A stretch of DNA of 62,377 bases, the filler included, from Chrysochromulina tobinii (taxonomy: Eukaryota): assembly GCA_001275005.1 (NCBI GenBank). It is 7 parts of 7 records of this genome, joined end to end, with 100 filler letters (N's around TTAATTAATTAA, not from the genome) between each part and the next. Parts side by side here need not be neighbours in the genome. Positions count along the whole stretch, not along the records: positions 1 to 19,213 come from JWZX01001100.1; 6 more parts are not named here. One strand, given 5' to 3'. Both the position numbers and the translations under genes were made by a program. The notes under the pieces were generated by a model, which was given only the letters and a program-made list of their open reading frames with translations, had not been told where the DNA came from and ran no database searches. Shown here in pieces: positions 1 to 12,213 of the stretch; position 1 is the stretch's first letter, and every line of letters begins with the position of its first letter.

Positions 1-2
1 TC

Positions 3-101
3 GGGGACGGCTGGCACGGAGGCTACGTGAGAATCAACAATGTCAACTACGGCACGACCTTCACAAGTGGAGCCTCCATGACGTTCACTTTCAACGTCTA
101 A
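3..101 (+). CDS. 3' end of a CDS running in from the left edge (GDGWHGGYVRINNVNYGTTFTSGASMTFTFNV*)
   Basis: Frame 3 is open from the window start to TAA at 99-101, with a GDGWxG motif and a beta-rich pattern. Too short to assign. Confidence 0.35.
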   Translation, partial: GDGWHGGYVRINNVNYGTTFTSGASMTFTFNV

Positions 102-924
102 GTGCAAGTGCAGCCGATAGCGTAAGCGTACCTGCTGCAGGACGCGTAGCTGTGATGACTCTTGCATGCATGCGGCGCGCATGCACATTCATGCCCCGTG
201 TCCGTTCAGGGGTTGCGCGGGAGCCTGTCAGACGGAAAGACAAAGGAGATGTATCAACCTCTATACGAGGTGTGCCTTGCGTGCGGTGTGCCAGCCATGC
301 AGCCGATGTGGCGATGTGCAAAAGGCGGAGTAGGGGGTATCGCCCGGCGCGGGGGTGACGCGCGTGGGACGCCGGGGGAGCCGTGGCAACTGGCGAGTCC
401 CGCGCGCGAGGACGTGGAGACGTCCCTCGAGATGATGCTCGATCGTGTGCGGCGATGATGCCGCGATGTAGCCGCGATGCGGCATGTGCGCACCGGTCTC
501 GCGACCGGGGGACGGGGGTGGCGGGCGGTCATCACGGTGCACGGCGTGCACCGCACCCTCGAGCTCGACCGACGGGCGCCGGACGGGACGTGACACAAGG
601 TCAAGGACGTGACGGTGATACATTCGGTGTGGGGTGTGTCCTGTGCGAAAGTCGTCATGGAAAGTGTGTAACGACAACGGACAACGCGCGCGTTGTCGCG
701 GTGATCATGTTGCACTCCGGTGACGAGCGCTAAGTGAGACTATACGCGTCAGGGTCGATCGCGTGAAACGCGCCAAACGCGAATTTCTCAGTCAGACAGA
801 GCCTCACGTCTCACTTCAACCGACGTATTTATGTACCTCGAGTGTGGCCCGTCGCGTTCCGCGGGCTCGACGGAAAACCGCCATGCGCAGTCGGCACATC
901 GAGCGTACGTGAGCGTGTCTCTGC

Positions 925-1010
925 TCAAACCCCATCTCTCGTTTCTCCATCGGAGTTCTCTGCAGCCTCTGGGGACTCAACTGGCGGCTGCAGTGGAGTG
1001 GGCGGCCCCG

Positions 1011-1075
<65 letters not shown>

Positions 1076-4000
1076 ACCGTGAGCTGCACCGTGTGCCCGA
1101 GCTGCACGCTCAGGGCCGCCCTCACATCGCTCCCTGCGAGCAACGCCTCGGCTGCGGAGAGCTCGTGGAACGCGCTCGGGGGCGGCGGGCTGCCGCTGGC
1201 TGCAGCCACCGTCAGGGCAGCACGCTGCCGCTGCAGCTCGGCCTTTGCATTGGCCACCCACTCGGCGGGTATCTGGCACTGAATGCCGCCTCCATCGGCC
1301 CCGGTTTCCTCGGTAGGTCGGTGGGTCGGGCACACGCCCGAGACGTCGACGAGCGAGAGGAGGCTTTGCAGCGACTGCACGTAGTTGACATCAGAGAGCG
1401 CCTCACGATGGATGAGCAACGACACGGTGAAGAGGTCGGTGCCCTCAAGCATCGCCTCCGGCCGCGCGTCGGCGGCGCCCGCGCGCGCCCGCAGCTCTTC
1501 GACGAGCTCCGCGAGCACGGCCCGCAGCGCCGTGGCGGCCGGGTGCGGCGGGTGCTCGGGGCGCCGCTCGAGGTGAAGCGAGGCCGCCTGCTTGAGCAGC
1601 TTGAGCGGCTTGTGCACGCTGCTTGGGAGCACCGCAGCCTCGGTGCAGATGTTGAGCGCGAGCCGGAGCGAGCCATGCACGATGCCAGCGTGCCCGAGGT
1701 GGCCGGTGAGCGCATTGAAGAGCAAGTTCGAGACGAACCCGTAGTAGCGCGCTATGTTGGGCGCCATGGGCGAGTGGGCGAGCATGCGCCGCCGCTCCGC
1801 ACGCACGCCCGCGAGCGAGCGGCTGCTGGCGAGGTCAGCCGTGCCGAGCTCGGCGGTAGGCGGTTGCTCATGGTGCGTGCGCAGCGTGCTCAGCATCAGC
1901 GCGGCGCACTGCATATCCAGGCTGGCGAGCGCAGCCGAGAGCACGTACACGACCGCGAGCATCGTCTCCGGAGGCGGCTCGCGCACGGGCGGCGTCGGCG
2001 GTGTCGGTGGAGGCGGATTTGGCAGCCCCGCTGCAGTCATGTCCGCGCCGCTATTGGCGGCTGCGGCCTCGGCAGCCGTGGGCGGGGCGGCCTGTTGCTG
2101 TGGCACGAGCAGCGTGGCGGCGGCGGCGGTGGGCGTGGGCGTGGGGGGGTGGGCGGTGGGCGTGTGCATGCGCAGTGTGGGCGCAAGCACGGAGAAGCAC
2201 ACGCCAAGGAGCGGCAGAACGCGCCCCGCCTCGGTCTCCATGCCCCACGCGGCCATGCAACGCTGTCGGCACTGCACGCTGTGTGGGTCGCGCTTGTCGA
2301 GTTTCTGGATCCAATCCACCAGCCGAGCAGCGACATCCATCACGATGCGCAGCACACCCCACGTGTTAAACTCGCCCGAGGCCGTGCGCGCATGCACGAG
2401 CTCGATAATGCTCGTGAGCCGCGGCAGCAGTCGCATCTCGCACGCGAGGGACTTGTCGTCGGGCGATTCGATCAACAGGTCGAGGAGCACGAGTACGTTG
2501 CCCGAGTTGAGGTTGGCGCGCTCGTCGAGGGCTTGCTGGAGCACATTGTAGCGGAATTGAGGGTAGAGCGCCGCGGGCTCGAGCATCGTGAGCAGGGTCT
2601 CGGGGAGCGATAGGCCCTCGGGCAGCGGCTTGCGCCCTTCCCCCAGCCTATTGGGCAGCCGCGCGGCGTGCAGCGGCAGGAGGCTCGCGTAGTCGGACGT
2701 CTCTATGAGTATGTAGCGCACGGCCCACTCCCAGTTGCGGTGCGTGTGCAGCACCTGATGGCAATCGTAGCTCGGCGGCTCGACGGTCTCGTACTCGAGC
2801 ACGGCGCGCATCAGCCCATAAAAGGGCGTGAGCAGCTGCTGGTTGTACTGGATGCTACGCTCCTTCGGTCGCAGGCTCACGTGCGAGTCGAGAAGCCGCC
2901 TGAAGGTGTTGGGCTGTGCGGCGAGCATGAGCGCGGACGCGTGCACGGGCCCGCTCGGCTGCGGCGCGAGCGCCGCGTAGTACCAAAAGGTGATGAGATG
3001 CCGCTTGCTCTCGTCGTGTTCGATGTGCTGCACATCCTGCGCGTCGTAGCAGCTCAGCAGTGGCGCGAGTGGCACGCTCGCAACGGCGCCATTCTTGACC
3101 ATCCACGTGAGCACGCGGAAGTACGCAGCCAGCCGCATCGAGGAGTGCTCCTGCAGCAGCGCCTTGTTGCCCGGCACGTCGCGCGGGTCGGGAGCCTCGC
3201 GGATCTGGAGACTAAGCTCCTTCGCAATGTCCGTAGCCCACGGCAGCAGGCTCAGCAGATGATTGTACAAAAGGTCGAGGCAGGCTGAGTGGGTGGGCGG
3301 CGGCGGCTGCGGCGGTTCGAACGGCGTCGTCGCGGGCGTCGTCGCAGCGATGGTGGTGGCGCCCGGGAGCAATGGACCCTCGACCTCGAGGGGCATGCCG
3401 TCGATGTCTTCAGACGGCGCCATGCCGCTGGCCGTCGGACCTCGGGTTGTCGTGTCGGGCGAAGCGGGAGCGTCCCTAGTGAGCAGCGTGATGACGAGCG
3501 TCTCGGCAACAGCGCGTACGCCCTCGCCGTTTGTGCCGAGCAGCCAGTCGGCCAGCCACAGCTGCGTGTTCTCGAGCAGCCACCGACGCGCCCCTGGGTG
3601 CGCCGCGAGCGACACGAGCATGCGCAGGCATGCCATCGTGGCGAGCTTGAAGCGCATGTTTTTGGCGATGACGTTGAGCAGCCTGGCCATAGCGGCGGGG
3701 ATGCGCGATTCGTGCAGGGAGTCGGGCATCGTGACGACGGCCGAGAAGATGTGCAGATACGGCGCGAGGGCGTCTGCGTCCATGGTGTCGATGCCCTGCA
3801 GCACGATGTGGATCACGTGGCCCGTCTGGCCCTTGTCGTCGAAGCATGTGTGCAGCAGCAGCGCCTCGAGCGCCCGCACGTTGAGCCCATCCTTGAGCAT
3901 CTTCGAGACGAAGGGGGTGCACGTCGCCATCTGCAGGTCGTCCGAGGTCATGGTGAGCAGCGGCGTGATCGAGTAGGGCGTTGCCGCGGAGGCAGGCGGC

Positions 4001-7000
4001 TCGCGCGACGACGAGAGCACGAGCGTCGCAATCAGCTCGAGCATATGTTCCAAATTTGGCAGCGTGAACTTGTCGCCCATGCGCGTGCGCTTGGAGCGGT
4101 GATTGGGCCCGTCCGAGTCGGCGAGGGGCGAATCGTCGCCCAGGTAGAAGTCGACAAGCTGCGTGACGACACGCCGGCGGAGCAGAAACTTCTTCTCCTC
4201 GGCACCAAGGCGGGCGAACTCGAGCATCACGAGGAAGAATTGAGGAAAGTGGCGCCAGTGCGATGAGGCCTCGTTGACCATCGAGAGCAGCGCCGAGACC
4301 GTGCGCACCGCCGCGGCCGCCGGCTCGCGCCGCATGGGTGCCATCGCCTCGGCATGCGGAGGCGGCTGGGGCTCGATCGCGGGCGCCGTGGCGGTCGCGG
4401 TCGTGGGGCCGCCACTGATGCGCGGGCGCGTGCGCCGCTCTCCACCCGCTGGATCAGCGCCCATCTCGGCGCCCATCTCGGCGCCCATCTCGACGTCCAT
4501 AGGCTGTTCCGGCGGAGGTGGGGGCGGTGGCAGCTGTGGCGCGTCGGCGCCGTCAATCGCGGGATGCGGGGCGGGCGTGGCCCCGAAAGGTTCTCGGGTT
4601 GATGGAAGATGGCCATTGTTCGAATAGGGTGGTGGTGGCGGGCCATCGCGTCCGCGCGCGATCCTGGGGGCGCTTCCATCGCGCTCCGAGCTGTCGTCTT
4701 CCTCCGACGAGGAGGACGACGAGGAAGACGAGCCACCGCCGATGGCAACGCCCTGCATGGGCTCCTCGATACCATCTGGTGTGTGCCACACGTCGTACAA
4801 CGCGAGCTCTGTGGAGCGCAAGCAGCGCATCGCATGCAGCAGCAGCGACGAGAAGGCGTTGCGCATCTCGCCCACGGTGCACACGAGGAGCATCTGGCGC
4901 AGCCATCCCGCCGCCTCCGCCTCGAGCAGCAGCCAGCGGCACGCAGGCAGGCTGCGCGCAAGCCCATCCTGCAGTAGCGAGAGCCACGCGTTCAGAGACG
5001 ACTTGTCCTTCGCATGCGCCAGGCAGACGACGAGGAAGCGGCAGCCCAGCTGCAGGGCGCGCATGATCTGATCCGACTCAGCGTCCAAGCATGCCAGCGA
5101 TGCGGGGTCCGCCGCGATGCCTGGCGCCATCGTGAGCGTAGCCGTGCCGGCCGCAATTGCGTCGGCCGACGGCATGGACGGCGCAGCTTCAATCGATGGA
5201 GCGGCAGCCGAGGGCAGTAGCTCGGGGAGCTTCGTGATCGCGCCGGTGACCACGCGCCGCACAAAGGCAAAGTGCGCCGAGTCGAAGATGAGTCGATCGC
5301 GCAGGAACTGCAGATTCTCCGACCAGGCGGAGATCGTGATCGACGGAGGCACGCGCACTGGCGGCGCCGCGCGCAGCAGCGTGGCGGTGCCGTGCTCGGC
5401 CCCCACCTCGTTGACAGCCTGGGCCGGGGCTGAGGCGTTGGCGACGGAGGCGGTGCCATCCGCATTCTCCGGCGTGGCGGCAGCATTCGCAAAGGCAGGG
5501 ACTGCGGTACTCGTCGGTCGGTCGGTTTCCGTCGTCGGCGGGGGCATACGCTCGTACAGCAGCATGTAGGCGGAGTGCGGCTTGGGAGCCAGTCGCGGGA
5601 CGTGCTTCTGCAGCTCCGCGTCCCACTGCATCACGGGCTCCATCCCGCCGTAGCAACACCTAGGCAGGTCGCGCTCGGCGAACGGCTCGACGAGCGTGTC
5701 GTTGAAGTGCAACCAGCAGCCCGGGCCGCCCGAGCCGGCACCGCTCGCGACGCTGGCGGTGCGCCGCTCCTTAATGTAGGAATAGTAATGGCCCGAGTCA
5801 GCGGTGCCCGAGTGCACGAGCACGCCGACGAGCTCGTACAGCTGCCCCGCCGCCAACGCGACCGCATGGTCGGTGGCGCTAACGCCAGCCGCGCTGTCGT
5901 GAGCGCCAACGCCTGCCGCGCTGGCGGCCGACGCACGGGCAGCCGCTCCGCTCGGCACCCCGGCTCCGTCGACTTCAGCACCAACGCCTCCGCCGTTGTC
6001 GGAAGACCCGGTGACGGCCGCGTCGGCGGCGGCCGCTTGCGAGGCGGCCGCGGCGGCGATGCCTTCGGCCGTGTACGGCCGCATGTTGATGGTGAACGGG
6101 AACTCGAAGTGGTCGTCCAACTTCACCTTGCGCATCGCCTCGAAGTCGAATTCGAATCGCTTGAGGTGGATGAAGAGCACGGGCGGCAGCTTGCCCACGC
6201 ATGTGCGCTTCAGGGCCTCAACGTACTCGCCGCTCTCGCACTTGAACTTGTTGTCGCCGTCGAGCACCTCGCCCTCGACATACGAGGCGAGCCCGTCCAA
6301 GACCGACTTCTTGCACTTGACGTCGATCGAGAGCGTGTAAAAGATCTCGTGTCGGTCGGAAAGCATGCGCCCGTCCTTACTCACGATCTGGTTGACGAGC
6401 GTGCCGCCGAAGAGGGAGGACAGCAGCTTGGCGGCGGGCGTGTCTTTCAGAGCGCCCTCGAGCTGCTCGATGAGCTGGTTGTAGAACTCGTCCACGTCCA
6501 TCTGGACAGAGGGGTTGATGGGCAGCGCGTCGTAGTCGCGCCACGCGGCGCATAGGTCGCGCGTGTCGAAAAACTTCTTCTCGCTCTCGTGCAGGAAAGC
6601 GTACATGATCTGTAGCTGCGCGAGGAGCGCCTTGTTGGGCGTGCCCTTCTCCTTCGGCGGCTGCGGAGGCTCGTCGGGCATGGGCAGCTCAATGATGCCG
6701 CCGCGGAACTCGGGGATCATGTACAGCTGCTGCACAAGCGCGTTCATGTAGCACGTGGCGCCCAGGTTCTTGAGCCCTACGAAGCCGCAGCGCGCTCGCT
6801 CCATGGCGCTCGGCATGTAGTGCCATAGCGTGCGCGGCGGCGCGCCGCCGGTGCGCGGGTCATGCAGCCGCCGAAGCAGCTCGATGAGCTCGTCGCGCTC
6901 GGCGCCCGCGTGCGCACGCTCCTCGGCCATCTCAACGAGCAGCGCGAGCGCGCACACGCGTGTCTCGGCCGCCTTGCACTTGGGCGGCGCCGTAGGGCCG

Positions 7001-9973
7001 AGCGCTCGCGCCTCGAGGAGGCTTGGAAGCGAGAAGAGGTCCGAGAAGACGTCGTGCAGCAGTTGACGGCGTGCGGGCAGTTGTAGCCGCGAGTGGAGCA
7101 GCCGCAGGCCGTGCAGCAAGCCGAGCAGCACCTGATCGACGACCTCAGGCCGGTCGCGCCGCTCGTACACGCCGTGCGTGCGCAGCATCGTGATCAGCTG
7201 CTCGGCGAGGGCCTGCGCGCGCCCTTCGCCCCCCAGCCAGCTCGGCGAGCCCGCGCAGCTGCTCGCCAGGTCGCCGATGATGAGCGCGTGCATCAGCTCA
7301 AAATACTGGCGCGAGCGCGCGTTGTGCGCCTGCACAGTGGGCAGCAGTCGCAGCAGTGCGGCAAGCAGCACCTGCCGTGTCTGCATCGCGTGGCCGCCGG
7401 CGACAACGGACGAGGCGGCGGCGGCGGCGTGCCCTGCCGCAGACCCCACCGACGTCGCCGCGCGGCTCGCCTCAGCGACGCCGCCCGAGGGCGCAGGAGT
7501 ACTCGGCGCCTGCTGCTCGGGCGCCGCGGAGCCGCCACCGAGCACATGTAGCGCGACGCAGCACTCTAGCCTCGCCTCCACGTTTGGGCACCGGAGCAGC
7601 ATCGAGAATAGCCAGCTGCCGTGCGTGATCTCCCGACAGAGGGCGTCCAGAGGTGCCGCCGCCGAGGCGACGCTTGCGGCAAGCAGCTGGAGTGCCTCGC
7701 GTGTGATCTGCACGTCCACCGCCGCATCCGAGCCCTCGAGCGCGGGATCGTCGACGTGCAGCGCCTCTGTTCGATTTGCGTCGCCATTGCTGCTGGCCGC
7801 GCCGCCCGCTGACGGCTCCACGGCCGATTCGAGGGGAGACGCGGCGTTGGCGGTGCGCTCGAGCAAGCTTATCAGGCGGGCCGCAAACTCGGACGAGCGG
7901 GCCGGCTCGCTCACGTCGCCCTCGGCGAGGCGCGAGAAGCTGCGTCGGCTCCAAATGGGCTGCGCAGCGGGCGGTAGGCTCGTGCCCGCGCCGCTAGCGG
8001 CCCCGGGCAGCTCGGCGACGCTGCTGTCATGCGACACGTTTGCGACGGAGGGAAGCGGCGAGAGCTCCGGCGGCTCCACGGGCGCGATGGGCAGCGGCCC
8101 AGCGGCCGTCGAAGGCGCGGCGAGCACGAATTGGCACACGAGCTTGAGCAGCAGCACCAGGCACGGCTTGCGCTGTGAGCCGCGCGTGTTGTCGAGCAGG
8201 TCGGGCGTGCCCGGCGGTGGCAGTAGCAGCGCCAACAGCTGCTTGACGCCGCCGTGCGCCACAAAAGCCGCTTTCCACCTTAGACCGTCGGGGCTCGCGC
8301 CCGCGTCTGCCTCAGCCGACGAGCCGAACATGAGGCTGTCGACCGTCTGCAGAGCGTAGAAGAGCTTAAAGGAGGAAGGTCCTGTGTGCAGCAGCGCTGG
8401 CCAATCGACGGGGGTGTGAAGTGGCAGCGAGGGCAGTGCGGCGAGGCCCGAGCGCATCGCACGGTTGGTGGGTAGCATCATCAGCAGCTGCCATGACTGC
8501 AGCGCGAGGCGCGAGTCTGAGAGCGAGAGCAACTCGAAGAGCGTCGCAAAGTGCGTGCCCTCATCCGCGAGCATCTGGGCCGGTGATGAGGAGCCTGCAG
8601 CCTCAGGGCCGCCCTCGGCGTCGCCGTCGCTGCTACACGTCGCCTCCATTGGCGTGGGGCCGTCGGTATTTTCGTCGGCATCGGCTGCGCAGCCGCCATG
8701 GCTGCCCGTTTGACGCGCGGCGGCGTCTGGCTCGGGCGCGCCGGCGCCGGCAGAAGTCGCGGTCCCGGTCGCGGACGTCGCGTCTGCCGCATCGGCACCG
8801 GGGGCGCCCTTGTTCGGTGAGGTCGACTGTCGGCGCATGACGTGGATGCAGTATGGCTCGCGCAGCTTCAGCTCGGCGAGCGTGCGATAATCCTCCTTCA
8901 GTTCCTTGCCCTGGGTGATCATGCGGAGCAGTTGCGGCGTCTCCGGCTGCCACTCACCGTGCGCCGAGAGCTCACGCCACACGTGCGCGCGTAGCGCCGC
9001 AACTGTCAGGTGGGCGTCGACGACCACCTCGAGCTTGGGGGTGTTCGAGCCGCCCACCACGGCCACGAGGATCCGCATCGGCGCGCCACGAACCGCGACG
9101 CCGTGCCGACGCGCACGCCCACCTCGCGATTCGTCCGGCGGCAGCTTGACCTCGACTTCCTCGACGAAGAGTCGGAGCAACGTGAGGCAGCGCTCGACGC
9201 GCAGCGAGAGCGTGGCTTCGCGCATCGTGCCTTCCTCGGTGGACAGCGCGTCTGGCAGCTGCTCCGCGTCCGCCGCGGCGGCGCCCGACGAGGGCGTGGT
9301 CGGCCTCAAGGCCGCTGGCGGCGCGCCCTGCAGCGCGCGCAAATCGTCCGCGGCAGTGGCGAGAGAGCGCATGCATTGGTGGACGAAGGCGCGCCGCTGC
9401 TGCGCTTGAGCGCGTGGCTGGTCGGGCGGGAGCGAGCGATGTAGCTGCGTGAGCAGCGCGACTGCATGCTTGCCCACCGTCACATCCGTCGCTCGCAGCG
9501 CCACATCCCAGAGTGTGCGCACGCCGAAAAGCGGCAGCCCGAGCACAGTGAACGCGCCCTGCTCGCGCTGTGCGAAGAGGCCCTCCTTCCAATTGATCCA
9601 CTTGAAGAGAAACTCGATGCATGAAAAGCCTCCCGTCGTGAGCGTTGGAAGCGGCAGCGACGACGCGCGCTCGAAGAGCATCTTCGTCGTCTCCAGATCG
9701 AATGCGCTCTCGCTCTTGAGCCGCACGTTCTCGATCCACTGGTATAGCCTGTCCGCCTCGGAGTCGCAACTCTGCCGCTCGACGCAGCAGCCCCAAAGCA
9801 AGAGCACCTGCCGCTGCGAGAGCTTCAGGAGCGAGTTGGTGACACAGAACGAAAGAAACTCGAGCCGATCCATCATCTCGCTCATGTGCTCGCCACGCGC
9901 ACGGTTGATTGCCGCCGCTGCCGCCGCCGCGTCTGCACCGCCGCCGCCGCCGCGGCTGCCTCTGCCCGCGGCA

Positions 9974-10008
<35 letters not shown>

Positions 10009-11865
10009 CAGAGTCTCGAGACGCTGCGAGGCCATGGCATGGTAGCGCTCAAAGTCTGCAAAGTAGGCATCAAGCAGCTCGTGGGTCTCGTCGAGGCACT
10101 GGAGCACGTCGCTCGCCTGGTGCACATCGGTGGCGCCCTTTTTGCGCGGCTTGTTTGGGAATGCGCCCACGACGCGCTGGCACAGGCGAAGTGCCTGCGC
10201 GACGGACTCGCCCGCGCGCAGCTGCATTACGCACCGCTCGAGGTACACGGTCCGCTGCGCCGCGCACGTGGGCCAGACGAGCATGTCGCCGAGCATCTGC
10301 AGCGCGGTTGCGCGCACCTCGTGCGACGCGTGCGTGCCCTGCTGCATCAGCTGCCAAAAGTCTTCGAGCCCGTACCAACGCCTAGCCTTTTGCGGATTGT
10401 GCGGCGACTGCAGCGCGCTGACCGAGAAGCCGCGCAGAAGGGTAACAGTGTGCTGGGTGTACTCGGCGTGCGAGATCGAGCGGATGCGGCTGTACAGCAC
10501 GTCGAGGAGGTCCAGCGGCAAGCAGGCTGATAGCTCGATGACGACGGAATAGATGGCCTGCTTGACACTCTCGTGCTTGTCGAGTGAGGCGCGCCATACG
10601 ATGTCGAGCAGCCGCTGGTCGAAGGCGTTGCACAGCGCGAGGAAGCGCAGCACCTCCTGGCAGCGGCGTACCACCTGGTCGTGCAGGCCCTCGCCAAAAA
10701 TGAGCTCGACGAGCTGCTCGCGCTGCAGCCACGCTACGATCGTCTCGGGCGTCGACCACGTCGAGGGCGACGGCGGCAGCTGCTGCGGGCCACCGCCGTT
10801 GGTCTCTCGCTCGCGCAAGCTCTCGTGGTACTCGTGCTTGCGCAGCGACGTGTTGACGACCTCCTTGATTTCGCCGAGCCCGTACAGGCGCTTCTCGAGG
10901 TTCTGCGAGCGCATGCACTTGACCGCGAGCGCGAGCGTCCATTCGTCGACAAGCCGGTGTGCGTCGGGCAGCTTGGCCGCATGCAGCATAATCTCGACCG
11001 TATTCTGCAGGTCCTGCATCGTTTTGCGGTCCTCCTGCTTGAGCTGCTCGTCGGTGAGCGAGCTCAAGTGGCCCATCACCGCGCCGAGCGCGGCGCGCGC
11101 AAAGCTCTGCAGCGCGTGCCGGCTGAGCAGGTCCTTGACCTTGATGAGCGGGCGCAGGAGCATCTTGACGCCTAGCAGGCTGACGTGCGGTTCGCGGCCG
11201 ATGCGCGCGATGCACGCGTGGAAGCCGCCGAGCTGGTGGAACTGCTCCACGTTCTGCACGTAGTACGGTGAGAAATCGTCCGTGTTGGCCGAGAGGATTC
11301 CGGCGGGGCCGCCCTCATAGCCCGCGCCACCCTCGCCGTAGAGCGAGCCCTCTGAGCCCGAACCCTCGCCCGAGGAGTTGGACTCTAGCTCATCCACGAG
11401 GGCCGCGCCAGCGGGCGATAGCGCGCCTGCGCCGCCACCGATGGTCGGCCGGCACATGTGGTACACGGAACTGTCGGTGAGCACGCGGGTCGCGCACTCG
11501 ATGAGCTCCCATATCGTGCTCGTGCGTAGCAGCTCGACGGTCGTGCGCAGCACCGCCTGGAAGAAGACGTTGAGCCGGCCCATGTCGGCGTCTGAGCATC
11601 GCAGCTTCAGCAGAATCAGCAAGAGCTTGGGCATCGCGTGCATCAAGACATGCTCTGACTGCTCCGGCATGAGCAGGTTGCGACGCAAGAGGTCGAGTAC
11701 CTCCTCGAGTCGCGTGAGCAGCCGATCGAGGTGGGGCACCTCAGCCATGCGAAGCGAGTCCTCGGCGTCCTCGAGCACGGCCTGCAGCACGGCGTTTGTC
11801 ATGGGACGGACCTCGCCTGGAGCTGATGGCGCCTGCGGCGGCGCTGTGACCATGGTCTCGTCCAT
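925..11865 (-). CDS. Giant ubiquitin-specific protease (peptidase C19), USP9X/USP24/USP34-like, apparently intronless
   Basis: Cys box GFVGLKNLGATCYMNALVQQLY, QMDVDEF, LFIHLKRFEFD, His box YELVGVLVHSGTADSGHYYSYIK, WLHFND; ubiquitin-like segment LRMITQGKELKEDYRTLAELKL; long helical N-terminus. First ATG (MDETM) is at 11865. Confidence 0.93.
1012..1074 (-). repeat. Pure (CAG)21 microsatellite encoding polyQ near the USP C-terminus
   Basis: Uninterrupted ctg run on the + strand, in frame as Q21. Confidence 0.95.
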
Positions 11866-12213
11866 TCTGAGTGCACACACGCAGAGAGACTTGGCACGTC
11901 AGATGGATGCTAGGCTTTACGGGCGGGCGCGATGGCTCAGGCGTTGCGTGCAGACGCGGGCGGTCGGCAAGAATGTCGTACTGCGCGAGAATGCCCGCCC
12001 TTTCACGTTGCGTGAACGTTAACACAAGAGCGTGAGGGCGTGAATGTGGAAACTCTTCAGGACGTACGTGACTTTCGAAGCCATTAGTTAGAAATTCGAA
12101 CCCTTTCACACATTGCAAACACATTCACAGCTTTTGAAAGGAGGCCGAATGAAAATGTCGTCTTGAATTGCGTTCCCGCCGCGACGCGGTGACCCTCTGA
12201 GAGAGAGAGCGCC

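Noticed and set aside
1093..12022. Many long antisense or alternative-frame ORFs overlapping the USP gene (and similarly elsewhere, e.g. 52389-53813)
   Set aside because: Expected shadow ORFs in very GC-rich coding DNA; Arg/Ala/Pro-rich and without motifs.
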